From an uncultured Bacteroides sp. (lineage in GTDB: Bacteria > Bacteroidota > Bacteroidia > Bacteroidales > Muribaculaceae), in NCBI GenBank assembly GCA_964546885.1, contig CAZJKZ010000004.1:25938-89937 (forward strand): a stretch of 64,000 nucleotides of DNA. The letters are read 5' to 3'. Both the position numbers and the translations under genes were made by a program. Under the pieces are notes generated by a model. The model was given only the letters and a program-made list of their open reading frames with translations, was not told the origin of the DNA and ran no database searches. This document shows positions 47,516 through 57,575 of this stretch, piece after piece (within the stretch, counting starts at the first letter, position 1; each line of letters starts with the position of its first letter).

Positions 47516-48898
47516 ATGAAAATATCAAATAAAATTTTAATTGGCGCAATGCTCTCTCTACCCTTGCTAAGCCTGAGCAGTTGCGGCATATATACCAACT
47601 ACCATACACCCGACAATACTGCGCTCACAGCAGAATATGTGAACGCCCGTAATGCCGGACCGGACGATAAAGCCTTCGGCAATCTGCTATGGGAAAACGT
47701 GTTCACCGATCCCGTACTTGCAGGCTACATCAACCAGGCACTCGTCAACAACACATCGCTGCGCAACGCTCAGCTCAACATCGATATGGCGCAGGCTCAG
47801 CTCAAAGGGGCTAAATTATCTTTCTTCCCCGCGGTGGCTTTCTCGCCCAACGGAGCAGGATCCTCGGTGGCCGGTTCAAAAATGTCATGGACGTACGCAT
47901 TGCCCTTACAAGTGAGCTGGGAAGTGGATGTGTTCGGCAAACTGCGCAACTCTAAAAAATCAGCACAAGCAAGCCTATACCAAAGCGAATCATACGCTCA
48001 GGCAGTGAGATCACAAATAATCTCAGGCGTAGCTAATTGCTACTACTCCATCGCTTCCGTAAAACAGCAGCTCAAACTTTACCGCAATACGTCGGAGCTA
48101 TGGAAAGAGACAGTGGAGATTATGAAAAACATGAAAGAGGCCGGTCGCACCACAGAGGCCGCAGTAGTGCAAAGCTCCGCTAACTACTACTCAATCCTTG
48201 CCGGTATCACCGATCTCGAAGTAAGCTTGACTAAGCTGCACAATACGATGTCGCTTTTGCTTAATGTAATGCCCCAGGAATGGGAAGTGAGCGAAAACGC
48301 CAGTCTTGCCGAACCTACCTTCCTTACCAAAGGCGTAGGCATGGATTGCCTTGCTTTCCGTCCGGACGTAGCAGCCGCAGAGATGTCGTTAGCATCCGCT
48401 TTCTACGCCACCAATCAAGCTCGCTCTAACTTCTACCCATCGCTCACAATTTCGGCGCAAGGTAGCTTCAGCAATCTCTTAGGTTCGTTCATCAAAAATC
48501 CGGGCGACTGGATTTACAATCTTGCAGGATCACTCACCGCTCCCCTATTCTCCCGCGGTGCAAACATAGCCCGCTTAGAAGCAGCAAAAGCACAGCAGCA
48601 GCAAGCTCTCAACAACTTTGAGCAAGCACTCCTTTCAGCAGGCAAAGAGGTCAGCGACTATCTGGTGACATATGACAAGGCTGTGGAAAAGACGGGATAC
48701 ATTAATCAGCAAGTTGCCAACCTGGAGAAATCCGTGGAGTACACCAACGACCTCTTCATCTACAGCAACGGCACATATCTTGAAGTGATCACTGCCCAGC
48801 AAAGTCTGCTTTCGGCTCAGATGTCGGCTTTGTCAAATCAGCTCAACCGCACACAATCCATAATCAACCTCTACCAGGCAATGGGCGGCGGACGTTAA
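47516..48898 (+). CDS. Outer membrane efflux lipoprotein (NodT/OprM-like)
   Basis: Lipobox LSSC, SWEVDVFGKL, RPDV, LYQAMGGG. Confidence 0.93.
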   Translation: MKISNKILIGAMLSLPLLSLSSCGIYTNYHTPDNTALTAEYVNARNAGPDDKAFGNLLWENVFTDPVLAGYINQALVNNTSLRNAQLNIDMAQAQLKGAKLSFFPAVAFSPNGAGSSVAGSKMSWTYALPLQVSWEVDVFGKLRNSKKSAQASLYQSESYAQAVRSQIISGVANCYYSIASVKQQLKLYRNTSELWKETVEIMKNMKEAGRTTEAAVVQSSANYYSILAGITDLEVSLTKLHNTMSLLLNVMPQEWEVSENASLAEPTFLTKGVGMDCLAFRPDVAAAEMSLASAFYATNQARSNFYPSLTISAQGSFSNLLGSFIKNPGDWIYNLAGSLTAPLFSRGANIARLEAAKAQQQQALNNFEQALLSAGKEVSDYLVTYDKAVEKTGYINQQVANLEKSVEYTNDLFIYSNGTYLEVITAQQSLLSAQMSALSNQLNRTQSIINLYQAMGGGR

Positions 48899-48924
48899 AT
48901 ACCAACCTTAAAATTAATAATATC

Positions 48925-49713
48925 ATGATAAGTAAATTAGCATATGTAAGCGAAAAGGCCAAAATAGGAGCCAATGTGACCATACATCCTTTCGCATACA
49001 TCGACGACAACGTAGAGATCGGCGACAACTGCGAAATCATGCCTTATGCCAGCATAATGCACGGCACACGCATGGGCAGAAACAATAAAGTATATCAGGG
49101 TGCAATTATCGGAGCCGACCCACAGGATTTCCGTTGGGGCGGCGACGAGACCTATTGCTTTATAGGCGATGACAATGTGATACGCGAGCAGGTGATTATC
49201 AACAGAGGTATTTCCTACAACGGCGGCACACGCATCGGCGACAGTGTATTTATAATGGCACAAAGCCACATCGGACACGACTCCCACATTCAGGGCCGCT
49301 GTGTGCTTGGCAATGGCGTAGCTGTCGCCGGCAATGTAGTAATCGAGCCATGCTCCATACTTTCTTCTCACGTTGTAGTGCATGAGAAGAGCCATATAGG
49401 TCAGTGGACCCTTATAAAAGGCGGCACACGCATCGGCTCAAATGTGCCGCCATATCTCATTATGGCCCACAATCCTGCCACCTACTATGGTGTCAACTCC
49501 ACAGTAATGCGCAAGAAGGGCTTCTCCGACGAGGACATAGAGAATGTGGCTAAAGCGTACAGACATATATATCAGACACAGACATCTGTGTACAATGCGC
49601 TGAAACGCATCGAGGCAGATATCGACGACTGTGAGATACGCCAAAATATCCTCAATTTTGTGCGCAACAACGATTTGAAGCTTGCAGGAGTAGAGTCAGT
49701 GGATATGCTGTGA
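48925..49713 (+). CDS. lpxA: LpxA-like acyl-ACP O-acyltransferase paralogue
   Basis: Hexapeptide repeats, PQD, HIGHD, VPPY, helical C-terminal domain; several substrate-binding residues altered. Confidence 0.8.
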   Translation: MISKLAYVSEKAKIGANVTIHPFAYIDDNVEIGDNCEIMPYASIMHGTRMGRNNKVYQGAIIGADPQDFRWGGDETYCFIGDDNVIREQVIINRGISYNGGTRIGDSVFIMAQSHIGHDSHIQGRCVLGNGVAVAGNVVIEPCSILSSHVVVHEKSHIGQWTLIKGGTRIGSNVPPYLIMAHNPATYYGVNSTVMRKKGFSDEDIENVAKAYRHIYQTQTSVYNALKRIEADIDDCEIRQNILNFVRNNDLKLAGVESVDML

Positions 49714-49811
49714 TTTAAATTTTTTGAAGCTTTTCGATAGCCTTCCGAATAACTGTCGAAAAGTTTCGAAAAGCTAATTGACTTTTTAAGCGAATTAAAT
49801 CTTCAATTCTC

Positions 49812-49855
49812 ATCCAATAAAAAAGCCGACTTTTCAGCCGGCTTTTTTATTGGAT
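49812..49855. terminator. Bidirectional intrinsic terminator
   Basis: ATCCAATAAAAAAGCCG-N10-CGGCTTTTTTATTGGAT between convergent lpxA and rpoZ. Confidence 0.85.
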
Positions 49856-49864
49856 TTTGATTCC

Positions 49865-50200
49865 TTAGTCAAGATTTGGACGATCCTTTGCGGGATTACG
49901 ATAATGGATACGATGCTCCACATATTCCTGAGCAGCAATAAGAGTGGGTTTGGGGAGCTTTTCGAAATAGCGGGAGATTTCTATTTGCTCGCGGTTTTCA
50001 GAAACTTCCTCCATGTTGTCGTTTAGCGAAGCGTATTCCTGAAGCTTCTTTTCAAGATCGTGCTTCATCTCCATAGCAATCTGATTAGCACGCTTGGCAA
50101 TGATGCATACAGTCTCGTACACGTTTCCGGTGTCCTCGGACAACGCAATCATGTCGCGTGTCACGGTGTTGAGCGGAGCATTAATTTTTTTGTAGTCCAT
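49865..50200 (-). CDS. rpoZ: RNA polymerase omega subunit (Bacteroidetes type)
   Basis: MDYKK...TGNVYE..IIAKRANQI...ENREQIEISR..EKLPKP; follows bamD; start at 50200. Confidence 0.9.
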   Translation of the reverse strand: MDYKKINAPLNTVTRDMIALSEDTGNVYETVCIIAKRANQIAMEMKHDLEKKLQEYASLNDNMEEVSENREQIEISRYFEKLPKPTLIAAQEYVEHRIHYRNPAKDRPNLD

Positions 50201-50222
50201 AGTGTTCTGTGACTGAGATATA

Positions 50223-51035
50223 TTAGTCTTTAACGTATTTTTTTGCAATCTTAAGGATATTGTCAGCCTCCTCGCGGTAATGGCTTTCGGGATAGTTGTT
50301 GATAAAGCTGTAATACTCGTCAATAACCTCTCGGAAGCGGTCAATCTTCTTTTCCTCAATACTGAGGTTGGCCTGCTGATAGCGTGATTTGAGAATCAGC
50401 ATTTCCAAATCCTCTTTATATTTTGAATAAGGATAGTCCTTTATAGCGTTCTTTGCTACGATAATCGCACTTTGATAGTTGTTATTATAGGCGTTGCTAA
50501 GGTATGTGCCAAGATTATAGTAGAGCTGCGCATTCTCGAGCTCCTTCAGAGTAAGCTTGTCCTGCAACTCGAAAATAGCCTGCTGAGCCACGGGCACCAA
50601 ATCGCTCTTTGGGAAATAGTCCAAGAAGGCCTGAAGCTCCTGAATGGCATTGTAAGTATCAGTCTGGTCGAGCTGAGGCTCCGGCGACTCAAGATAATAT
50701 CCGTATCCGGAGTAATATCTTGCGAGCTCGGCATATTTGCCTTTGGGATAGCGTGTGTAATAGCTTTTGAAGTATGAGCCCGCACTTAAATAGTCCTTGT
50801 TCTCGTACTCGCTAAGTCCCAAGAGATAGAGCGATTCCTCAGCCTTTTCAGAGCCTTTAAAAACTGTTATACAATCCTTTAGCAAAGTGGAAGCCTGTAC
50901 ATACTTACCTTCTTCAAAAGCCTTTTTCGCGTATTCAAACTTATAATTGAAATCATTGCTCTTCAAAGCCTTTTGGTATTCGCCACACGAGCAGAATATC
51001 GGAATAAGCAGTATATAAATTAATTTTTTGTACAT
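50223..51035 (-). CDS. bamD: Outer membrane protein assembly factor BamD
   Basis: Lipoprotein, TPR repeats, LDQTDT..AI..LQ.F...FP.S; -7 box at 51073-51080. Confidence 0.93.
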   Translation of the reverse strand: MYKKLIYILLIPIFCSCGEYQKALKSNDFNYKFEYAKKAFEEGKYVQASTLLKDCITVFKGSEKAEESLYLLGLSEYENKDYLSAGSYFKSYYTRYPKGKYAELARYYSGYGYYLESPEPQLDQTDTYNAIQELQAFLDYFPKSDLVPVAQQAIFELQDKLTLKELENAQLYYNLGTYLSNAYNNNYQSAIIVAKNAIKDYPYSKYKEDLEMLILKSRYQQANLSIEEKKIDRFREVIDEYYSFINNYPESHYREEADNILKIAKKYVKD

Positions 51036-51189
51036 TTTCGATTTGTAAAATACGTATATGCATAATATTTTGCAAAGTTACGGATTTTTTGGCTGAATCC
51101 GAATAAAGCGACCGTAGAATTTTCGCAAAAATTTATTAAAAATGGTTTCTAAGGCGTATCGTACATTACAAAGTGCTTCGTCAGTCAAG

Positions 51190-53382
51190 CTATCTAAAAA
51201 TCTCCACTATAGACGAAATCAAATGATTGAATACGCTAACAGCTGACTTCGAGTCGGCGAGACGGACATAAAAACGCGTACTCTTTTTGTCGAAACTGAA
51301 TTTTTCTGAAATCATGTTTAGCACCACCCTAAGATCGAACGGCTTGCGATTATGGGCGTTGACATCAGGTCGACTAAAAAGCTCTACGCGATAATTTGTA
51401 GGAAGATCCGGAGTGTAGTAGAGGTCAATCGCCATATTGTACTCCCTGCAATCGGTGAACAAGCATCTCGAACCATATGTGCGTATATCAGTAAAGATGT
51501 CACGATCCCACTTCAAATCCCTTTGGTCCACAAACCATCGAGTGTCCACATCATCGGTGCGTGTATTTTTCTCCCTTATATAATATCCGAGGAAAGGACT
51601 GCACGGTCGCATCAATGCTCTACGTCCGCATTGAGCCACCAAGCCCGGTGTCTTTATAAGGAAAAAGTAAGGATATGTACGGTCGGCAAACTTCTCTGCC
51701 ATATCGCCCATCACATCCTTAGGCGTGCGTCCGGCTACGATAACACAGTCGATAAGCTGGCGTATCAACTTAGGCGCAAGCGTCATAAGACGCTGCCAAT
51801 CATAATCGTGCCAGCAAAGCGACATATTAGTTTCGCCGCGGCGGACTATCGGATAAGCGGGATGACGAAGCGTGAGCAGTGCTCTCCTCAATGTGTCAAG
51901 GTGAGGATTCTTATCAATATTGTTGCCCCAAATAGCATAAACACTCTCCACATAGGCAGCAAGACGGGATACATCCACCTGCCCGGTGCGCTTGTTTCGG
52001 CACCAATGTATCACCTTAGCGACATTGCCTATAAGCAAAGGATGACGCTCGGCTCTCTCCAGAATCTTGCGCAACTTGCGCTCATGTCCTGAATATTCAC
52101 GCATGAGGCTAAGTTTTGTTTTTTCTTCAGCAGGTAGTACCTTTTCAGGGATGTTTGCACGTATGTCGATAATCGAAGTAATCTTTGGAGATGGCATCTT
52201 ATCAACAAGGAAAAGAGCCAAACGAATATCGCTGCCCGAAGGCGACATACGCTGATATCTCAAAAGATTGGTCAAATAAGAAACGAAATCATAGAGTGCT
52301 GTGCCATCGTCTTCTATTGACCATTTCATAATAAAAGCTACCGCTGGCACTATTACAAACATCTCCTGGGGATTATCGGGCAAATAGTTCAACAGATTGG
52401 GAAGGAAATCAGTGAGCTTGCGATAAGCGAGAAAAAATGCATATAATTTGTCAAAATCTGCGGGATTGAAGGTGTTCTTGCGGTCTGTCCCGGAGAAAAT
52501 CTCATATATACGTATCAGTTGTCCAAATCTCACATCAGCCGTAAAGGGTTGAGAAGATTCAGGCTCCGGACGGTTGCGCCAAGCCCAGCCGTGTATCTCC
52601 TCAAATCGTTCGATGGCAATGTCATGAGCATCAGGCAACGCCAAGAGCATGGATTTAAGATTCTGAGTCATTGTAAGAGGCTCGCCGGTGGTGTTGATAG
52701 TGATAAACATATCTTCCGCCACCGCTCGCGATCCGATATCATGGTAGTAGAATACCAGTCTATCCACAACGAAATCAGCAAAATCGTTGAAATCTATAGC
52801 CGTATGAGCACACACATCCTCAATCGCCTTGTCAATGCTACGTATAGCAGAAATAAAACTCTGCACTGTGGGGTCGGAATCATACGAGGCACAATACCAC
52901 GGACTTTTCTCCAACGCTGAGAGTCGGCCATTGCGGTCAAGAAAGAAATTTATCACTAAATCAGACATGAAAAACATAGCCTCGCTGCGCACCTGATATA
53001 GCAGACGCGGCTCACGGTCGTCAATCAGCTTATAGTCGCTGATAAGGAGTCGGCGCAAATCCTTACGCGGCGTGCGGCGATAAAGCATCCCTATCAAAAG
53101 GTACATTGTGGTGAGTCGCTGCTGGCCGTCGATTATCATAATCTGATTTGAGCCTTCAGGATATTCATATCCGTAGAGCAGCCCGAGAGTGGCTGGCTGG
53201 CGCGTCTGATAAAGATGGAGAATAGAAAGCAAATATACTGAGACTTTATCCCGGGACACACCATCGCCTCGTATGCCCCAACAATAATCGCGCTGCATAT
53301 CGGGGATTACAATCGTCAGATTTCCTCCGAACATTTGCCTTATAGATAATGCACTATTTCCACGATTGCTTTCAATACCCAT
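51190..53382 (-). CDS. DUF262 (GmrS/ParB-Srx-like NTPase) protein, no recognisable HNH
   Basis: IPDMQRDYCWG, IIDGQQRLTT and FITINTTGEPL motifs; long unassigned C-terminus. Confidence 0.85.
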   Translation of the reverse strand: MGIESNRGNSALSIRQMFGGNLTIVIPDMQRDYCWGIRGDGVSRDKVSVYLLSILHLYQTRQPATLGLLYGYEYPEGSNQIMIIDGQQRLTTMYLLIGMLYRRTPRKDLRRLLISDYKLIDDREPRLLYQVRSEAMFFMSDLVINFFLDRNGRLSALEKSPWYCASYDSDPTVQSFISAIRSIDKAIEDVCAHTAIDFNDFADFVVDRLVFYYHDIGSRAVAEDMFITINTTGEPLTMTQNLKSMLLALPDAHDIAIERFEEIHGWAWRNRPEPESSQPFTADVRFGQLIRIYEIFSGTDRKNTFNPADFDKLYAFFLAYRKLTDFLPNLLNYLPDNPQEMFVIVPAVAFIMKWSIEDDGTALYDFVSYLTNLLRYQRMSPSGSDIRLALFLVDKMPSPKITSIIDIRANIPEKVLPAEEKTKLSLMREYSGHERKLRKILERAERHPLLIGNVAKVIHWCRNKRTGQVDVSRLAAYVESVYAIWGNNIDKNPHLDTLRRALLTLRHPAYPIVRRGETNMSLCWHDYDWQRLMTLAPKLIRQLIDCVIVAGRTPKDVMGDMAEKFADRTYPYFFLIKTPGLVAQCGRRALMRPCSPFLGYYIREKNTRTDDVDTRWFVDQRDLKWDRDIFTDIRTYGSRCLFTDCREYNMAIDLYYTPDLPTNYRVELFSRPDVNAHNRKPFDLRVVLNMISEKFSFDKKSTRFYVRLADSKSAVSVFNHLISSIVEIFR

Positions 53383-55021
53383 AATACGTCTTAAGATTTT
53401 TAAGAGTGAGATTATAATTGTCTACAATGGATTTAGCTCCCCAACTATTTCCGGCGAACACACATACACTATGGAGGAGATTGCGGCTGCGAAATACCGT
53501 AGCATCACCCGGAGAAAGAAACATAGCTTTCTTTTGCTCGAATGACGCATTGCCGAAAGACGCGTTGTTAACACCGTAAAGCAACACGAGATTGCCGATG
53601 CAATGCTCTGAAAGAGTAGTGCCGTCATGATTGACAATTGAGTCACGGGGCATAAACGAATGGTCATGTTGCAAGGCCTGACGATGCATACGTATTTCAT
53701 TGTCGTTGCCGTCGAGCATCCTTCCGTCAGCACCTACATGCCACACCTTGGATTTAGAATAAATATGTTCGAGCGACCGATTATTCCATACACTGAAATC
53801 AAACTTACGCCCCAATTTGATATCCTCGTCAATGTTCAAACGGAGGAGCAGATTGAACACGTCGCGTTTAGTGTCGGAATGATATACGTCAGCCATCGAG
53901 AGAGATGCCACAAGATCATCAAACCGCTCGGCAGCCGACTCTCTACGAGCTATCTCTTTTATGCTGAGACCAAGAAACGACAGTTTGTAGTAGCGCAGTA
54001 GTTCTTCCTCATCAATCGTACACTTCACAAAATAGTCGTAAAGAAACGCGTAAGCGTCCTCACTCTCCTGAAGAAGCATTATCGCGCGTATCCTATTATA
54101 TGTCTCGGCATCGGTGAAAGCCTCCTCGAATCTACGCTGCACCTGCCGCAAAAGATGGAAAAAATGCTTGGCCTCGTGATAAGGAAAAGCCTGCGACTCC
54201 ATTATTCTCGAATGAAATTCATTATATTCGAGAGGGGTATGATGATTACCTGAATCTGAACGCAGACACAGCTTAAGCAGCAGATCCACGCCCTGCTCGC
54301 CCATCGACGAATAATAATCGCGGACATCAGAACGTGTCCACCATCTCACCCATGAATTCCATTCACCGGCATATCGCATACGCATGGAATTAATTTTCCA
54401 TTCGTATGCGTCAGGCTGAGACGAGTCAGACGCAATGCGCATTAAATCAGCTTTTATAATATCAGAAACTTCCATCGGGGCTTTCGTGCCATTCATCATC
54501 CTGTAAATCATAATCACATCCGTATTTTCAGGAAGCGATATCAATAAGAAATCCACTGAATGAAGCACGTATTCAAGAAAAGACTTATGATTTACGTCGG
54601 CCAATCTTGTGGTAAAATACCGAAGAATGCGTTTGTAAAGATACACATCCTGCGACATCTCAAAGGCATCCTCCTTAATATCAGAGTGGTCAATCTTAGA
54701 AAGAAATTCCTGAGCCTCCACCCTATTATCGAAACTCAGAGAAAAGGCCGGAGTGAAGCCAAGATAGCGCAACAACAAAAGGATGTATGTAACACGCTGC
54801 TGCCCGTCGACGAGAAGCGAATGGTACACAGTGATATTCTGCAAAAAATACCGTTTATTGCTCTCAAAGCTTGTCAGAAGATTCTCTGTAAGGAGAGCCA
54901 CCGAATCGGTGCCTGACGCACGAGCCTGCCCCCATACAAAATGTCTTTGAAATGTGCCGATACGCAATCCCCTTTCATATTTTTCGAGGAATTGTGAGAT
55001 ATTAATGAGCGTTGGTGCCAT
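53372..55021 (-). CDS. DUF262 + DUF1524 (HNH) GmrSD-like protein
   Basis: FQRHFVWG, VDGQQR and YRMMNG; C-terminal SLEHIYSK...IGNLVLL...NASFGN..F..KK. Confidence 0.85.
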   Translation of the reverse strand: MAPTLINISQFLEKYERGLRIGTFQRHFVWGQARASGTDSVALLTENLLTSFESNKRYFLQNITVYHSLLVDGQQRVTYILLLLRYLGFTPAFSLSFDNRVEAQEFLSKIDHSDIKEDAFEMSQDVYLYKRILRYFTTRLADVNHKSFLEYVLHSVDFLLISLPENTDVIMIYRMMNGTKAPMEVSDIIKADLMRIASDSSQPDAYEWKINSMRMRYAGEWNSWVRWWTRSDVRDYYSSMGEQGVDLLLKLCLRSDSGNHHTPLEYNEFHSRIMESQAFPYHEAKHFFHLLRQVQRRFEEAFTDAETYNRIRAIMLLQESEDAYAFLYDYFVKCTIDEEELLRYYKLSFLGLSIKEIARRESAAERFDDLVASLSMADVYHSDTKRDVFNLLLRLNIDEDIKLGRKFDFSVWNNRSLEHIYSKSKVWHVGADGRMLDGNDNEIRMHRQALQHDHSFMPRDSIVNHDGTTLSEHCIGNLVLLYGVNNASFGNASFEQKKAMFLSPGDATVFRSRNLLHSVCVFAGNSWGAKSIVDNYNLTLKNLKTYYGY

Positions 55022-55032
55022 ATTATACCTAA

Positions 55033-57435
55033 TCAGAAGTCAACGGTGACACGCAGATTAATCTGGCGTCGAGTGAGATAATTGGGTACAGCATATTGGA
55101 TATTATTAACGTCAGTTACCCAATAATAACTGCTCACGTTGGAAATATCGAGTAGATTGAAAACATCAAGTCCAAGCCACACGCTCTTTAAGTGGCGGAA
55201 CGGACCGGAAGCTTTGTGGCTTTCGGTAATAAGCCCGTAAGCCAAGCCCACATCCACACGTTTATAGGCAGGAGTGCGAAAATAGGCTTTGTCGCGTGAC
55301 GAGCGAGGAGCTGTAACAGGCAAACCATCAGTTAAGATGCCTCGGAGACTAAACTTCAGACGTGGATTATTAGGAAAATAATCCGTAAAATACAGGGCGA
55401 TATTATACCGGCGATCGGTAGGACGGGGCACATTCACGCCGTTGAGATTCTCATTAGTTTTCATCAATGAAAAACTAATCCAAGAATCAGATCCAGGCAC
55501 GAACTGTCCAAAAAGCTTCATGTCAAGTCCCATTGCATAACCGCTTGAGGAGTTGAAGCCGGTGTACACCACTTTTAGATTGTCTATTTCATAAGGGATC
55601 AAATTTGACAAAATTTTATAGTACATCTCGCCTGACAGTTTGAACGGACGATTGAAGGCACGAAATGTATAGTCAGAGCCTAATATGAACTGAAAACTAC
55701 GCTGCGACTTGATTTCATTATTAAGTTCGATTCTTGTGTTGCCGGCCTCGTCGGTAACGGGCACTCTGAATTCCTTATAGAAAGGTGACTGATAATATAC
55801 GCCTGTAGCGAATCTGAACGAAAGATTCGGAGCCTTATCGGGCACGAATCCGATATTGAATCTCGGACTGAAAAGAAACTCCTTATTAAAGTCCCAATAT
55901 GATAGACGCACACCTCCGTTGACATTGAAATATCCCATTGGTGCGGAAATGCGGTAGGTATCCTGAAGATATAAAGACATACGCGAGGATGTAAGCTCCT
56001 GACGTGAAGAAAGATTGTAAGTCACTTTCAGCAAATCCGGGTCGAGAGGCAACGAGAATCCTGCTGAGTCGTGTTTTTCCCACTCCCTTGAACGGTCATG
56101 TATCTTTTCGGCGTTGTAATGGATACCATAAGAAATATTATGGTTGTTGATACCCGTATTGCCACGCAGCCCAATGGATAACACCGATGCTTTAAGGCGA
56201 TTTCTCGCATGCTCGTGGTATCTTCCTACGCCCAACTCTCCTCCGATCTCATCGGATCCCGCCTGATCAAGCCAATATTCGCCCTGAATATCGTATGCCA
56301 CCAATTCGTTGCTGAGAAATCCCGACGCAAGAAGTGTGAAGTCGGTAGAGCGATTTGCTCGGTACTGCAAACTCAAAGCACCGAAAAATGTCTCAAAACG
56401 ATCTTTCTCCTGACCGTCGAAATATACTTTGAACGTTTTTGCATCGTCCATAGTGCCGAAACTCGTCTCACGGCTCGTAGGTATAAATCTATAATCATTA
56501 ATAGCAACGTTGCCAAGCACAGAAGCTTTAAATTTGTCGCTTAATTTAAATGCCATAGAGGTCTGGTAATCGAAAAAGCGAGGGTCATATTCGCCCTTGT
56601 CCTCCATCGATGAAAGCAATGAAGCATTGCTCTTATATCTTAAGCCGTGAAGCATCGACACGTGCTTGGAAGAGGTGCCTATCGCCACATTACCACCCAT
56701 AAGCGACACTCCTGCGCTGCCTTCGAATGACTGTGGCTCCTTGTAGGTTATGTCCAGAGCCGACGACATCTTGTCGGCATACTGAGCCGGGAAACCGCCT
56801 GTAGAGAATTTGATGCCACCTACAAGGTCGGGATTTATAATACTCAGTCCTTCCTGCTGGCCCGATGTTACGAGCAGAGGACGGTATACCTCCACCCCGT
56901 TGATATACACACTATTTTCGTCATACGATCCGCCACGCACGGAATATTGCGAAGACATCTCGTTGCTCGAAGCCACTCCCGCCATCGTAGTGATAAGACC
57001 TTCTACACTGCCTCCGTTGACATCAGGGGAAAGCTTATAATCAGAGAAATCGATATCCTGCATCTGTCCTGTCTGCTTCTTATACTCGGTAATCTCCACA
57101 TTTGACAGACTCAATGAGTTGGGCGACATCTTCACATTGACCACAGCACTGTCTTTTACACCGATCAAGCGACGAACCGACTCTTCATAGCCTATACACG
57201 TAAATGTAATGCGGATGGTATCGCTTTCAGGGGCAGAAAGCTGATACTTACCGTCCATACCACTCATTGTGCCGATAGACGTACCGGCAATACGTATGGT
57301 GACAAACTCAAGAGGTTCGTTATCTTCTTGTGTGACAATACCACGGATTTTCACTGAGGCAAATGCCGAAAGCACCCCTATGGACAAAAGAAGAAAGCAA
57401 AGTAAATATTTCGTTAATCTCATCTTATTTTTCAT
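55033..57435 (-). CDS. TonB-dependent receptor-like outer membrane protein (CarboxypepD_reg-like + plug + barrel)
   Basis: Signal peptide, YSVRGGSYDEN.VYING plug motif, C-terminal F. Start is 57435 or 57423. Confidence 0.87.
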   Translation of the reverse strand: MKNKMRLTKYLLCFLLLSIGVLSAFASVKIRGIVTQEDNEPLEFVTIRIAGTSIGTMSGMDGKYQLSAPESDTIRITFTCIGYEESVRRLIGVKDSAVVNVKMSPNSLSLSNVEITEYKKQTGQMQDIDFSDYKLSPDVNGGSVEGLITTMAGVASSNEMSSQYSVRGGSYDENSVYINGVEVYRPLLVTSGQQEGLSIINPDLVGGIKFSTGGFPAQYADKMSSALDITYKEPQSFEGSAGVSLMGGNVAIGTSSKHVSMLHGLRYKSNASLLSSMEDKGEYDPRFFDYQTSMAFKLSDKFKASVLGNVAINDYRFIPTSRETSFGTMDDAKTFKVYFDGQEKDRFETFFGALSLQYRANRSTDFTLLASGFLSNELVAYDIQGEYWLDQAGSDEIGGELGVGRYHEHARNRLKASVLSIGLRGNTGINNHNISYGIHYNAEKIHDRSREWEKHDSAGFSLPLDPDLLKVTYNLSSRQELTSSRMSLYLQDTYRISAPMGYFNVNGGVRLSYWDFNKEFLFSPRFNIGFVPDKAPNLSFRFATGVYYQSPFYKEFRVPVTDEAGNTRIELNNEIKSQRSFQFILGSDYTFRAFNRPFKLSGEMYYKILSNLIPYEIDNLKVVYTGFNSSSGYAMGLDMKLFGQFVPGSDSWISFSLMKTNENLNGVNVPRPTDRRYNIALYFTDYFPNNPRLKFSLRGILTDGLPVTAPRSSRDKAYFRTPAYKRVDVGLAYGLITESHKASGPFRHLKSVWLGLDVFNLLDISNVSSYYWVTDVNNIQYAVPNYLTRRQINLRVTVDF

Positions 57436-57575
57436 ACATATTAAAATATTAACGAATAAAAACACCGAAAATTGTACTTAACCACTCATTAATCATATTT
57501 TTTGCTTACCTTTGCGTAATTAAAAGACACACCTAATCATAAACATATAATATCCATTTAATCAACATCTTTTTC

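Noticed and set aside
41268-50359. Long N-terminal extensions in track ORFs (nadC, rpoZ; also SDR, kinase, HD, XRE)
   Set aside because: The extensions overlap neighbouring genes or promoters; downstream ATGs match the family starts
51352-52092. 246-aa + strand ORF inside the second DUF262 gene
   Set aside because: No motifs or promoter seen; treated as an antisense shadow, although not formally excluded
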